DNA of 64,000 nt from Bacteriovorax stolpii (GCA_945860415.1 CAMAQA010000001.1:29304-93303), one strand, 5' to 3'; counted from the first letter of the stretch, positions 9,849 to 19,639 are shown. Notes: generated by a model not told the origin, from the sequence alone. Translations and numbers: made by a program.

Positions 9849-10640
9849 CTAGAACGAGCGTTCAGAGGACAGCGTGAACTCAATGCGGCGGTTCTTGGCC
9901 CGGCCCTCGGCAGACTGGCTGCTGGTGTAGGGCTTGCGCGGGCCGACCCCGGCAGGGAGGATTCGCTCCTCCGTCACGAAGTCCTTTTGCACGAGGTATT
10001 TCATCACGGTCACGGCACGCGTGAGCGCGAACTCGAACTGCGAGCCTGCTCCCTTGCCCTCGATCGGCTGGTCGTCGGTATGGCCTTCGATCTTCACGTA
10101 ACCAGGATAGCTCTCGAGAATCTTTCCCAGTCTCGTGAGGTACTTTTGCGAACCTGGCTTGAGCTCGGTCGATCCCGGATTGAAAAGCAGATCCTCCGGC
10201 ACTGAAAATCGAAGCGTGTCGATGCTCACGTCCAGCCCATAGAGCTGGTCCTCCATGACTTCCTGGGTGAGCTCGCCGAGCTTTTCGTGCGAAACGCGCT
10301 GCTGCTCGACAGGACGAATGGGCTTGTCCACCAGTGCTGCCGGAACATCTCCTTCGGCCCCCTTGAGCAGGCTGTCGCCTGCGCCGGGTTTTTCTCCGAG
10401 CGGATTGACCGTCTCGGAGGAGGGATCTCGGCCGGCCTTGTAGGGAGTATTCGGGTGATTGAAGTAATGCGATACTGACTGCTTCGTCTCCTCGTCCGCT
10501 CCGAGAAGCCACATCACCATGAAGAAGCACATCATCGCGGTCACGAAGTCGGCGTAGGCCACCTTCCATGCGCCGCCATGGGCGCCACCGTGGCCTCCGC
10601 CTTTCTTCTTTTTGATGACGATGACTGGTGCGTCTGCCAT
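9849..10640 (-). CDS. motB: Flagellar motor stator protein MotB (OmpA-like C-terminus)
   Basis: AYADFVTAMMCFFMVMWLL plug/TM region with the conserved Asp. C-terminal OmpA-like peptidoglycan-binding domain. Directly downstream of motA. Confidence 0.85.
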   Translation of the reverse strand: MADAPVIVIKKKKGGGHGGAHGGAWKVAYADFVTAMMCFFMVMWLLGADEETKQSVSHYFNHPNTPYKAGRDPSSETVNPLGEKPGAGDSLLKGAEGDVPAALVDKPIRPVEQQRVSHEKLGELTQEVMEDQLYGLDVSIDTLRFSVPEDLLFNPGSTELKPGSQKYLTRLGKILESYPGYVKIEGHTDDQPIEGKGAGSQFEFALTRAVTVMKYLVQKDFVTEERILPAGVGPRKPYTSSQSAEGRAKNRRIEFTLSSERSF

Positions 10641-10665
10641 TTCCGTTCTTTCCGCTGGTCAGTCG

Positions 10666-11532
10666 TTAAGCTGCAGCCTTGCCAGCGCCCGAGGTGGCCT
10701 TATCGACTTCCTCGAACGAAGGACGGTATTCGGCCGGAATGGTCCGTCGTGCGAACTCGACGCAGACTTTCGGCGAACAGTTCTTGGCGTAGGCGAGCAG
10801 CGCTGCCTTGATCACGCTCATCAGTTTTCCGGATTCAGCGTTGTTCAGCTCCATCTTGGCAGCCAGGGGCTGAAGGAATCCGTAGGAGATCAGGATGCCC
10901 AGGAACGTTCCGACGAGTGCGGCGGCCACGGAGTTACCCACGGCCTCCTTGCCCTCGGACAGCTTGCCCATCGTGTGGACGACGCCGAGCACGGCGGCCA
11001 CGATGCCGAGGCCGGGCATGGCGTCACCGGTCTTCTGGACCAGTGATGGTGCGCGTGCCTCTTCTTCATGCACGGTCTGGATGTCGGCATCCATCAGCTC
11101 CTCGAGATCGTAGGGGCTCATGGGAGAGCTGATCTGCACCTTGAGCGTGTCGCAGATGAATTCAATGGCGTGGTGGTTGTGGAGGATCGACGGATACTTC
11201 TTGAAGATTTCCGAGGTCTCCGGCTTTTCGACGTGGGGTTCGAGCGAAAGCGGGTTGGCCTTCGCCGTCTTGGTCAGTTCGAAGAGCAGCATCAGAGCCT
11301 GGAGGTAGATCGACTTGGAGACCGGGGGGCCCTTCAGTGAGGCCAGAACCTGGTGCAGCAGGGCCTTGAGGCCGCCGGCGCTTGTCGAGGTCAGAAGGCC
11401 GCCGATGCCGGCTCCCCCGATGATGATGTATTCCGAAGGCTGCCAGATGACGTCCAGGTGGCCGCCGCCAACGAAGGCGTAACCGCCGAAGACGCAAACC
11501 GTAACGATGATGGCACCAACAATGACGAGCAT
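10666..11532 (-). CDS. motA: Flagellar motor stator protein MotA
   Basis: Collinear similarity to E. coli MotA throughout (GGYAFVGG..., SEIFKKYP, PGLGIVAAVLGVVHTMG, VGTFLGILISYGF). Confidence 0.9.
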   Translation of the reverse strand: MLVIVGAIIVTVCVFGGYAFVGGGHLDVIWQPSEYIIIGGAGIGGLLTSTSAGGLKALLHQVLASLKGPPVSKSIYLQALMLLFELTKTAKANPLSLEPHVEKPETSEIFKKYPSILHNHHAIEFICDTLKVQISSPMSPYDLEELMDADIQTVHEEEARAPSLVQKTGDAMPGLGIVAAVLGVVHTMGKLSEGKEAVGNSVAAALVGTFLGILISYGFLQPLAAKMELNNAESGKLMSVIKAALLAYAKNCSPKVCVEFARRTIPAEYRPSFEEVDKATSGAGKAAA

Positions 11533-11684
11533 GGTTTGTCCCCGTTCCTCTCACCGGCGTATCGCCTGAAAGTGCGGGAAGCCTGAGGAAAAACTGGTGA
11601 TGCGATCGCGGCCGACAGAAACCTGACGCGTTCGGGTGCTGAAACGCCCGCCCGCTCAAGTTCGGACGGATGAGTTCCGAAGAG

Positions 11685-14129
11685 TCACTCTTCGGTCGCT
11701 GCGCGAATCGAGGTCGGAAACTCTGGAGAGCAGGATTCCTCCGAGGGCTCGTGGCCCTGAATGTACCTTTCGCTGATGATTTGCTCGAGTGGACAATTCG
11801 GCGCGGCGCGATTTCCGGATTTGCGGTCCACGCGAACCTCTACCAGGTGGGGGCTGACCGGGAACGGGGTGACCGGCTCTCCGCGGTGCGCCTCCTTCAT
11901 GAACGCCGTCCAGATCGGAAGTGCAGCCACGGCGCCCGTGAGCTTGGGCAGCTTCTTGGTTTCCGGAAGGACCTGGTCCCAGCCCACCCAGACCACTGCC
12001 GTCAACTGGGGCGTGAAGCCGGCGAACCAGCTGTCGCGGTGCAGGCTCGTCGTTCCCGTCTTGCCGGCAGACGGCCTGTTCCAGCCCCAGGCTTTGGCGG
12101 GAGCCGCGGTTCCCTCGGTAAATACGGAGCCCATCAAGTCGATCAGGAGGTCGACGGACGCAGGATCTGCGACCCACTGAGGACGGTGCACATAGCGGGC
12201 TACCGGAGTTCCGTCGTCTTCGGTGATCGCACGGATGACGGTGAGATCATCCGATTGTCCGTGGTTGGCGATGGTGGCGTAGGTTTTCAGGAGTTCGACC
12301 GGAGAAAGCTCCGCCACTCCGAGCGCCAGTGAGGGCACCTCGGGAAGTTCGCTCGTCACGCCCAGCGCTCGTGCAGTGTTGATGACCTCGCGGATTCCGA
12401 CCTCATGTCCGATTCGTGCGGCGGCGGTGTTGATGGAATTGGCCACGGCCTGCCTGAGGCTGATCCAACCCCGAAACTGAGGATCGTAATTTTTCGGCGT
12501 CCAGTTCTGGCGACCGCGATCGTAGCTGAGCGTGAACGGGGCATCTTCAACGGGGTAGCCCGGACCCAATGCCACGCCGTTCTGGTCCTTGCGCCTTTGA
12601 ATCGCCGCAAGAAAAAGGAGTGGCTTGAACGTGGAGCCGACCTGTCGCCTCATGTTCAGGATGCGGTTGAACGTGGATTCGGAGTAGTTCTTTCCGCCCA
12701 CCAGCGCACGGATGTACCCAGTCGACTGCTCGACTGCGGCAAGCGCGCCCTCGAGTCGCTGCCCGCTCGCAGTCGCGCCGAGCTTCAGGTCCTTTTCGAG
12801 CCTGGCCACACCGCTCGCCACGGCACGCTGGGCGGCAGTATTCACTTCCGGATTGAGGGTCGTGTACACGCGCAGTCCGAGGTCCGGTATCTCCTGTTCG
12901 GAGTAACGATCCGAAAGCTTCTGCTGGAGCATGGCCTTCACGTAATCGATGAAGAACGGAGCCTTGAGGTTCGAGGCGGTCTGAGACGGCGCAAGGCGGA
13001 TGGGGTCGCGAAGCGCATCGTCAAGTTCGCCCCGGGCGATGTGACCGGTCTCGTTCATCTTCCTGAGCACGAGCTTTTGACGCTCCATTGCCCGCTCGCG
13101 ATAGCGGTACGGCGAATAGTAGCTCGGCCCGCGGATCAGGGCGGCCATCAGGGCCGCTTCGTGAATCTCGACCTCCTCGAGGCGCTTTCCGAAAAAGTAC
13201 TTCGCGCCCTCGGATACTCCATGGATTTCGAGGCTGCCGATCTGGCCGAGGTACACTTCATTCAGATATCGCTCCAGGATGGCTTCCTTCGAGAAGCGGA
13301 GCTCGAGAAGCAGGGCAAGGAAGACCTCGTTGGCCTTCTTGAAGAGATCCTTGTCATGCCTCTGCATGAGATTCTTGACGAGCTGCTGGGTGATCGTGCT
13401 GCCGCCCTGCGCGAATCTCATCTGCCGAATGTTCACCCACATCGCACGCGCAAGGCCCCTCCAGTCGAGTCCGATGTGCTCGAGGAAGTGCTGATCTTCT
13501 ATGGCCAGGATGGCCTGCCAGATGGAGGGTGGAATCTCCGACAGGGGCACCCACTCGCGGACCTGCCGCGTCGTGGAGCCTCCGGACTGGAGAGCGCCGA
13601 TGAACTCCGGCTCCAGGTAGATTTCAGGTATCTCTTCGTCTCCCGCGCGAATCGCCTCCAGCTCGGCATCAGCCTTGGTTCCTTCGAACTCGAGCCGGAG
13701 TGGCACCTGCGATTCTGCAAGCTTCCATGTCGCATGGTCTGTCGGAATCAGATTCTCGGGATAACGGATCGGATGAAGCTTCAGCTCGATCACTGCGCCG
13801 TGTGATTGGTGCGAGTAGCCGAGTGCACGCAGCCGCTCTTCCATGTCGGCTCTCGGCATTCCCGGGGCCACTCGCGTGACATCCGAATAGAGACGAGTGG
13901 GAATCCACTGTTGCTGCTGCTGGAAGCTCGTCTCGAGCTGTCGGAAGAGCACGCCCAGGTAAATGGCAAGGGCAACCCAGGGGGCCAAGAGGATGAGCAT
14001 CAGTCTGACAATGCGGTGCATCGGCCCGGGAATCTCCTTGACGGAGAAAATAGCCGTCCATAGAACCAACATCAATGGCAGGAGACTCCAAGCAGATGAA
14101 AAAAATCGGGTTTTGCGTTGGCTTTGCAC
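11685..14129 (-). CDS. Class A penicillin-binding protein (bifunctional transglycosylase/transpeptidase, PBP1A type)
   Basis: Transglycosylase motifs EDQHF and GGSTITQQ. Transpeptidase motifs STFKP, SxN and KTGT. The start could be the internal Met at about 14021, which would begin a TM helix. Confidence 0.85.
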   Translation of the reverse strand: MQSQRKTRFFSSAWSLLPLMLVLWTAIFSVKEIPGPMHRIVRLMLILLAPWVALAIYLGVLFRQLETSFQQQQQWIPTRLYSDVTRVAPGMPRADMEERLRALGYSHQSHGAVIELKLHPIRYPENLIPTDHATWKLAESQVPLRLEFEGTKADAELEAIRAGDEEIPEIYLEPEFIGALQSGGSTTRQVREWVPLSEIPPSIWQAILAIEDQHFLEHIGLDWRGLARAMWVNIRQMRFAQGGSTITQQLVKNLMQRHDKDLFKKANEVFLALLLELRFSKEAILERYLNEVYLGQIGSLEIHGVSEGAKYFFGKRLEEVEIHEAALMAALIRGPSYYSPYRYRERAMERQKLVLRKMNETGHIARGELDDALRDPIRLAPSQTASNLKAPFFIDYVKAMLQQKLSDRYSEQEIPDLGLRVYTTLNPEVNTAAQRAVASGVARLEKDLKLGATASGQRLEGALAAVEQSTGYIRALVGGKNYSESTFNRILNMRRQVGSTFKPLLFLAAIQRRKDQNGVALGPGYPVEDAPFTLSYDRGRQNWTPKNYDPQFRGWISLRQAVANSINTAAARIGHEVGIREVINTARALGVTSELPEVPSLALGVAELSPVELLKTYATIANHGQSDDLTVIRAITEDDGTPVARYVHRPQWVADPASVDLLIDLMGSVFTEGTAAPAKAWGWNRPSAGKTGTTSLHRDSWFAGFTPQLTAVVWVGWDQVLPETKKLPKLTGAVAALPIWTAFMKEAHRGEPVTPFPVSPHLVEVRVDRKSGNRAAPNCPLEQIISERYIQGHEPSEESCSPEFPTSIRAATEE

Positions 14130-15505
14130 TGGGGATGGTCGTAGCCGGCATGCCTGCCGTGGCGCACGCGTTGGATCTCGACTGGGCGGGCGACTTCCGG
14201 GCCGAAAATCACTGGATCAGCAACTACCGGATGGATGCGGCCAACGCATCGAGCGGCGGCTACTCTGTTTCGGGAACCGACGGCAAGGCCCAGTTCCAGA
14301 CGCTGTTTTTGCGCCTGAAGCCGCGCGCTGTCATCAACGACAACGTCTATCTCCGCAGCGAGCTCTGGTTTGGCACTCCCGCATACGGGTTTTTCGGTGA
14401 TGCACCTGCTGCAGGTGATCTTGCTTCTTACAACTCCACTTTTTCGGGCGGCGGCACCGTCACTGCCCAGCGCTTCTGGGCTGAGGTCCTGACGGACGTC
14501 GGAAACGTCCATGTGGGGCGCGCGCCGCTGAACTGGGGCCTGGGACTGGTGTGGAGTGCGGGTGACGGACTCTATGATCGCTTTCAATCGACAGGTGACG
14601 TGATCCGAATGGTGTCCAAGTTCGGCGCATTTTCGTTCAGTCCGGCTGCAGTCAAGTACCGGACATCAGGATCAGTCAGTGGGGGCGGAACTTCAGAATA
14701 TGCCGTGGCCCTCAAGTATGAAAACCCCGACGAGGATTTCGAAGGCGGAGTGAATTTCATTCGCCGAGTGGGTGGAGGGTTTCAGGCCTTCGGCAATAGT
14801 CCGGGCCTTTCCGGAGACATCAATTCGACCACCTGGGACATCTTCACCCGCAAGAAGCTGGGAAGATTTGATCTCGCAGCCGAGGCCCCTGTGACGAGCG
14901 GAAAGATCTCGGGTGTCGAAGCAAGCACCTATGCCATTGCGGCAGAAGCCAGGTATGCGGCCAGCGATGTGTGGAACTTTTCGGCCAAGGCAGGGCATGT
15001 TCCCGGCCAGACGGGTGACGCATCCAAGATTCGCGGGTTTTTTCTGCATCCCAACTACAAGCTGGGCCTGATTTTGTTCAATTATCAGCTGGCGAATCTC
15101 AGTGGGTCGAATGTTGGGGCAGGAGCTACGGGCGGATCCGTTTTCAATTCGCCGATCACCAATACGAACTATCTGCATCTGGCCGGGGCCTACACGCTGA
15201 GCAAGTGGCAGTTTCGCGGATCGTGGACCTACGCGCGGGCAGTTGAGGCGGCGGGAACGAGCGGCACCTACTTCAACCAGTGGACGCGGGGATTCGAGTC
15301 GGCCGGAGGGCCGGTCGCGCAGTCGAATTCTCTGGGCTGGGAGCTCGACGGAGGTGCGACGTTTCAGTGGGATGACCAGTTTGAGTTCAAGGCAGATGCA
15401 GGGCTGTTCATGCCGGGCGATTTCTTCAAGTACACTGCCACAACCCCCGAAAACCAGACCGGCACCATCCTGGCTGTCGTGCTGGGCATCGGCGCGAAGT
15501 TCTAA
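14075..15505 (+). CDS. Outer-membrane beta-barrel protein (porin-like, unknown family). Probable start is the Met at about 14096 (MKKIGF...)
   Basis: Signal peptide. Alternating amphipathic beta-strand pattern, Gly/Ser/aromatic-rich. C-terminal ...GIGAKF ending in Phe, as in beta-barrel OMPs. Confidence 0.5.
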   Translation: MAGDSKQMKKIGFCVGFALGMVVAGMPAVAHALDLDWAGDFRAENHWISNYRMDAANASSGGYSVSGTDGKAQFQTLFLRLKPRAVINDNVYLRSELWFGTPAYGFFGDAPAAGDLASYNSTFSGGGTVTAQRFWAEVLTDVGNVHVGRAPLNWGLGLVWSAGDGLYDRFQSTGDVIRMVSKFGAFSFSPAAVKYRTSGSVSGGGTSEYAVALKYENPDEDFEGGVNFIRRVGGGFQAFGNSPGLSGDINSTTWDIFTRKKLGRFDLAAEAPVTSGKISGVEASTYAIAAEARYAASDVWNFSAKAGHVPGQTGDASKIRGFFLHPNYKLGLILFNYQLANLSGSNVGAGATGGSVFNSPITNTNYLHLAGAYTLSKWQFRGSWTYARAVEAAGTSGTYFNQWTRGFESAGGPVAQSNSLGWELDGGATFQWDDQFEFKADAGLFMPGDFFKYTATTPENQTGTILAVVLGIGAKF

Positions 15506-15535
15506 TTCGGTATCCGGTACCTTTTGCAGGACCGA

Positions 15536-16078
15536 TTACTGGACCACGAATTCGGTGAAGTAGACGTCCGTGACCAGCGCTTCCTTGGCGAGCTGGTTGG
15601 CGGATTCGCGGAGCTGGCTCCGAAGCAGATACCGGCCCTGGACTGAGATGAGGTCCTGGTAGCTGCGCCGTCCGACCAGGGTCAGGAGCTTGTCCTCGAT
15701 CAGGGGACGAACCTCCTGGAGCTTGGCCTGCGCCTCCTGGTCCACTGTCGACATCGTGAAGCCAATCGTGGCGTAGTGAATTTTCTTCTGTCCTCCGGAG
15801 TCGGCAGGGGCAGGGTCGAGATTCACCGTCACGGAAGGAAACGCCAGTGATCCGGGAGGACCCACGGGTTTTTTCTTTTCCATTTTCCGCGCAATCTTTT
15901 CGCGCTCGGCGCTCTCGGTGATTGGCGGGCGCTTGTAGAGAATCTTGGTGTAGACCAGCATTCCGATGGCGCCGAGGGCTGCCAGCAGGTTCACTCCGAG
16001 CAGAATGACCATCAACGGGGGCTTGGCCTTCGGAGCCTTGCCTTCGGCGGCAGCACCTTCCTGTTTTTTCTCGGACAT
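15536..16078 (-). CDS. fliL: Flagellar basal-body-associated protein FliL
   Basis: Single N-terminal TM helix. A VTVNL...HYATIGFTM...L core resembling the FliL domain. Lies in a motility neighbourhood. Confidence 0.65.
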   Translation of the reverse strand: MSEKKQEGAAAEGKAPKAKPPLMVILLGVNLLAALGAIGMLVYTKILYKRPPITESAEREKIARKMEKKKPVGPPGSLAFPSVTVNLDPAPADSGGQKKIHYATIGFTMSTVDQEAQAKLQEVRPLIEDKLLTLVGRRSYQDLISVQGRYLLRSQLRESANQLAKEALVTDVYFTEFVVQ

Positions 16079-16114
16079 ATCAAAAGTGTAACGCGCAAGG
16101 GGCGGGGCGGAGGC

Positions 16115-16149
16115 AAAAAAAAGCCCCGGCTCCTCGCAGGAACCGGGGC
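16115..16149 (-). terminator. Rho-independent terminator after ald (minus strand)
   Basis: On the minus strand, GCCCCGG-ttcctgcgagga-CCGGGGC followed by a U8 run. Confidence 0.6.
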
Positions 16150-16171
16150 TCGAAAGTCCACTTCGAGGGAT

Positions 16172-17278
16172 TTAGAGACGGACCGGCTCAAACGGCAGGC
16201 CGAGATCGTCGGCGACCTGCTTGTAGGCCACTTTTCCGTTCAAAATATTGACGCCCTTGAGGAGGGCTTCGTCCTTCGCGACGGCAGCCTTCCAGCCCAT
16301 GTTGGCGAGCATCACGGCATACTTCATCGTGACGTTCGTTAGGGCGTAAGTGGAGGTGCGCGGCACGGCTCCCGGCATGTTTGGAACGGCGTAATGGATC
16401 ACGCCGTCGACTGTGTAAGTGGGATGCTCATGGCTGGTCGGTCGGCAGGTCTCGACCGAACCGCCCTGGTCGACGGCCACGTCCACGACCACGGATCCAG
16501 GCTGCATGCGCGAAATCATGTCGCGGGTGACGAGCTTCGGTGCCTTGGCTCCGGTCACGAGCACTGCGCCGATCACGAGGTCGGCATTCAGCACGGCCTT
16601 CTCGATCTGCTCGCTGTTCGAGTACAGGGTCGTGATTTCGTTTCCGAAGATGTCCGAGAGGTAATCGAGGCGGTGCACGTTCACGTCGAGGATCGTGACG
16701 TTCGCGCCGAGTCCCACCGCCATCTTGGCCGAGTTGATGCCAACGACGCCGCCGCCGAGGACGACGACATTCGCACGGTTCACACCCGTGACGCCGCCAA
16801 GGAGCATTCCTTTGCCACCATGATCGTGCTGCAGGTAGGTGGCGCCGATCTGGGTTGCCATGCGCCCGGCAACTGCCGACATCGGAGCCAGCAGTGGAAG
16901 CGAACCATCTGCAGGCTGGATGGTTTCGTAGGCGATACCGACGATCTTTCGTTCCATGAGGGCCTTGGTGAGGCGCTCGTCAGCGGCGAGGTGCAGGTAG
17001 GTGTAGAGAATCTGGTTTTCGCGGAGGAGCGGGTACTCCTCAGGCAGAGGCTCCTTCACCTTCACGATCATGTCGGCCTTTTCATAGACCTCTTTGGCGC
17101 TTTCGATGATGGTCGCGCCCGCCTTGCGGTAATCGTCATCGGAAATTCCAGCGCCGACACCGGCGTTGTGCTGGATCAGGACCTTGTGTCCGGCCTGGGT
17201 CAGTGCGCGAACTCCGGCGACGACCATGCCTACACGGTTTTCCTTGTTCTTAATTTCCTTCGGGACACCGACGATCAT
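16172..17278 (-). CDS. ald: Alanine dehydrogenase
   Basis: MIVGVPKEIKNKENRVG N-terminus and a VLGGGVVG NAD-binding fold. Typical AlaDH length. Confidence 0.9.
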   Translation of the reverse strand: MIVGVPKEIKNKENRVGMVVAGVRALTQAGHKVLIQHNAGVGAGISDDDYRKAGATIIESAKEVYEKADMIVKVKEPLPEEYPLLRENQILYTYLHLAADERLTKALMERKIVGIAYETIQPADGSLPLLAPMSAVAGRMATQIGATYLQHDHGGKGMLLGGVTGVNRANVVVLGGGVVGINSAKMAVGLGANVTILDVNVHRLDYLSDIFGNEITTLYSNSEQIEKAVLNADLVIGAVLVTGAKAPKLVTRDMISRMQPGSVVVDVAVDQGGSVETCRPTSHEHPTYTVDGVIHYAVPNMPGAVPRTSTYALTNVTMKYAVMLANMGWKAAVAKDEALLKGVNILNGKVAYKQVADDLGLPFEPVRL

Positions 17279-17312
17279 GAGGACCTCGTGATTGAGCTGA
17301 TGGGCGGCGTGC

Positions 17313-18182
17313 CTACCAGCGGATTTTCATTCCATCGTGGGCCAGGACGACCCTCCCGTTTCCGAATTCACGAGAGAGCTTCCGGTTCCACATGGCGTTA
17401 TCAAAGTCATGCCCAAGATGCGTCAGAATGGTTTTCTTCGGACGCAATGCCCGGACCGTTTCAAGCGCCTGATCCAGGTGAAAGTGCGTTCCGTGCCGCT
17501 CGAGCCTCAGGCAATCGAGGATGAGGACGGAAAGCCCCTTCAATCGGTCAAACGATTGCTTCGGTATATAGCTACAATCCGTAACGTAGGCAACGGAGTC
17601 GATCCGGAAGCCCAGCACCTGTTTCGAGCCGTGTTTTACGGGAATGGGAAGGATGGGAACGCCTTGAATAGCGAGGGAATCTCCGGATTCCAGCTGCTCG
17701 TTCGTGATCAGGTGAGGAATCAGGCGGGCGGTGCCTCCACCTTCGTCGTAGGCAGGAGTGGTCGCAAAAATGTACGGAAATCGCGAGCGGAGCTCCGAAA
17801 CCGTCCAGTCATTGCCGTAAACCGGAAGGTCCTGCTGCTGGAGGTAGTTATAGCTTCGAAGATCGTCCACGCCCCCGATATGGTCGGCGTGGGGATGGGT
17901 GTAGAGGACGGCATCGACATGCAGCAGCTTTTCGCGCAGGGCCTGCTGGCGGAGGTCGATGGACGAATCGACCAGGAGGCTCCTGCCTCGTGTGCGGATC
18001 CAGACGGAGGCACGAGTGCGCTTGTTCTTGGGGTCACGCGACCTGCAGACCCTGCACCGGCAACCGATCAGCGGAACCCCGGAAGAGGTGCCGCAGCCGA
18101 GGATCGTGAGGAGATTCTCCGCCTTTTTCATGTGCTTCCAGATATTCCATGGCCCGAAACTGGGGTAAACGCTGAAAAGCAT
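17313..18182 (-). CDS. MBL-fold metallo-hydrolase (PhnP/GPMC-like phosphodiesterase family)
   Basis: HxHxDH motif (THPHADHIGG) and a CxxC pair near the N-terminus. About 290 aa. Confidence 0.65.
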   Translation of the reverse strand: MLFSVYPSFGPWNIWKHMKKAENLLTILGCGTSSGVPLIGCRCRVCRSRDPKNKRTRASVWIRTRGRSLLVDSSIDLRQQALREKLLHVDAVLYTHPHADHIGGVDDLRSYNYLQQQDLPVYGNDWTVSELRSRFPYIFATTPAYDEGGGTARLIPHLITNEQLESGDSLAIQGVPILPIPVKHGSKQVLGFRIDSVAYVTDCSYIPKQSFDRLKGLSVLILDCLRLERHGTHFHLDQALETVRALRPKKTILTHLGHDFDNAMWNRKLSREFGNGRVVLAHDGMKIRW

Positions 18183-19188
18183 GATTCAGAACGTCCTGGT
18201 CACCGGAGCGAGCGGTTTTGTCGGAAGCCATGTCATCCGAGAGTTGAATCGTCGGGGAATTCGACCCTTTGCGCTGATGCGGGGCAGCTCCTCTTCGGGC
18301 GGACTACACGGAACCGACTACGAGGTTCGCCTCGGAAGCCTGGGCGATGGAGAATCTCTGCGCGAGGCCGTCCGCGGAATGGACGCAGTCATCCATGTGG
18401 CGGGGGTCGTCGCTGCTCCGTCTCGTGACCAATTCTTTGAGCACAATGCCGTGGGCACCCGGCGCCTGCTCGATGCCGTGGCTTCGAATGCGCCGAAGCT
18501 CCAGAGATTTCTTCTGGTGTCGAGCCTCGCGGCCTCAGGGCCAACCCTGGACGGTTCTCTTCGCAAAGAGTCCGACGAGCCTCGGATCGTTTCGGCCTAC
18601 GGTGAAAGCAAGCGGGCGGCCGAAGATCACGTTCGTGAGTTTGCGCCACGAATTCCGAGCCTGATCGTGCGCCCGCCGCTGGTCTATGGACCGCGCGATC
18701 GTGGCGTGCTGACGATTGCGCAGACCGCTGCCAGGGGTTGGATGGCGATATTACCGAGCGAGCCCCCGGTTCCATCAAAGCTTTATAGCCAGATTTACGG
18801 AGAGGATCTGGCACGCGGAATTGTTGAAATGACCTTGAGCCAGGCATCAGGCTGGAGCTCAGGAGAGGCGTTCTTCCTGGCAGGCCGTGAAATCGTGACC
18901 CAGGAACAGATCTTCGAAGCGATGGCGGCTGCGCTGGATCGCAAGCTCACGCGGATCTCGGTTCCCGCCTGGGTAATCCGCAGTGCAGCCTATGGACTGA
19001 ATGCGGTTAGCGCAGTGACCGGCAAGTCGTTTCCGCTCAACCCGGATAAGCTGGGAGAACTGCTTGCGCCAGCGTGGACCTGTTCTTCGGATCGGGCACG
19101 CCAGGTTTTCGGATTCGAGGCGGAAACGCCTTTTGCTGATGGCATTCGTTCGACGATGAAGTGGTATGCCGAGCAGGGATGGCTTTGA
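18181..19188 (+). CDS. NAD-dependent epimerase/dehydratase family protein (extended SDR)
   Basis: VLVTGASGFVGSH Rossmann motif and a YxxxK catalytic pair. Confidence 0.8.
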   Translation: MIQNVLVTGASGFVGSHVIRELNRRGIRPFALMRGSSSSGGLHGTDYEVRLGSLGDGESLREAVRGMDAVIHVAGVVAAPSRDQFFEHNAVGTRRLLDAVASNAPKLQRFLLVSSLAASGPTLDGSLRKESDEPRIVSAYGESKRAAEDHVREFAPRIPSLIVRPPLVYGPRDRGVLTIAQTAARGWMAILPSEPPVPSKLYSQIYGEDLARGIVEMTLSQASGWSSGEAFFLAGREIVTQEQIFEAMAAALDRKLTRISVPAWVIRSAAYGLNAVSAVTGKSFPLNPDKLGELLAPAWTCSSDRARQVFGFEAETPFADGIRSTMKWYAEQGWL

Positions 19189-19194
19189 CCGCTA

Positions 19195-19238
19195 GCGCCG
19201 CGCGGGCGGGGCATTTGGCTCTGGCGCCGCGCGGGCGG
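19195..19238. repeat. Two copies of a 15-bp GC-rich element (GCGCCGCGCGGGCGG), each holding a CCGCGCGG palindrome, in a convergent intergenic gap
   Basis: Read directly from the sequence: copies at 19195-19209 and 19224-19238. Confidence 0.5.
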
Positions 19239-19249
19239 CGCTGCTGCCC

Positions 19250-19639
19250 TTACTTCTTCTCCATCCGGCAATTGCCGTCGAAGTAGGCTCCCGGGTGGAT
19301 CTCGATCGAAGGGCTTTCGAGATCACCGATCACACGGGCCGTGGGTGACAACACGAGACGCGTCCGGGCGTGCACTCCGCCACGCACGAAGCCCTCGACC
19401 CAGATCGTGTCGGCATCGATCTCACCTTCGATGATTCCCGATTCACCGAGGATGATCAGGCTGCCTGGTTTTCCGGCAAGCCTTCCGCGCAAAGTGCCAT
19501 GGAATCGCGATACCGAGTCGAGCTCGAGTGTCCCCTCAAATCGACTTCCCTCGGAGATCAGCGTGACCTCCGATTCGTGGAGCCCCACGGAGAACTCGGG
19601 TGGAGATTTATCAACTTTCTTCGGGGCCTGCTGCTTCAC
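19250..19639 (-). CDS. Bactofilin family cytoskeletal protein
   Basis: About 130 aa with repeating G-x-hydrophobic beta-helix windings (EGTLELDSVSRFHGTLRGRLAG..., IEGEIDADTIWVEG...) typical of the DUF583/bactofilin domain. Confidence 0.7.
   Translation of the reverse strand: MKQQAPKKVDKSPPEFSVGLHESEVTLISEGSRFEGTLELDSVSRFHGTLRGRLAGKPGSLIILGESGIIEGEIDADTIWVEGFVRGGVHARTRLVLSPTARVIGDLESPSIEIHPGAYFDGNCRMEKK

Noticed and set aside
12405-13805. 466-aa plus-strand ORF antisense to the PBP1A gene
   Set aside because: The sense (minus) strand encodes complete ordered transglycosylase and transpeptidase motifs. The antisense translation is Arg/Leu-rich with no features. This is a high-GC open-frame artefact.
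16394-17524. 376-aa plus ORF antisense to ald; 17337-18428 plus ORF antisense to the MBL hydrolase
   Set aside because: Sense-strand genes have clear NAD-binding and HxHxDH motifs. The antisense ORFs lack any.
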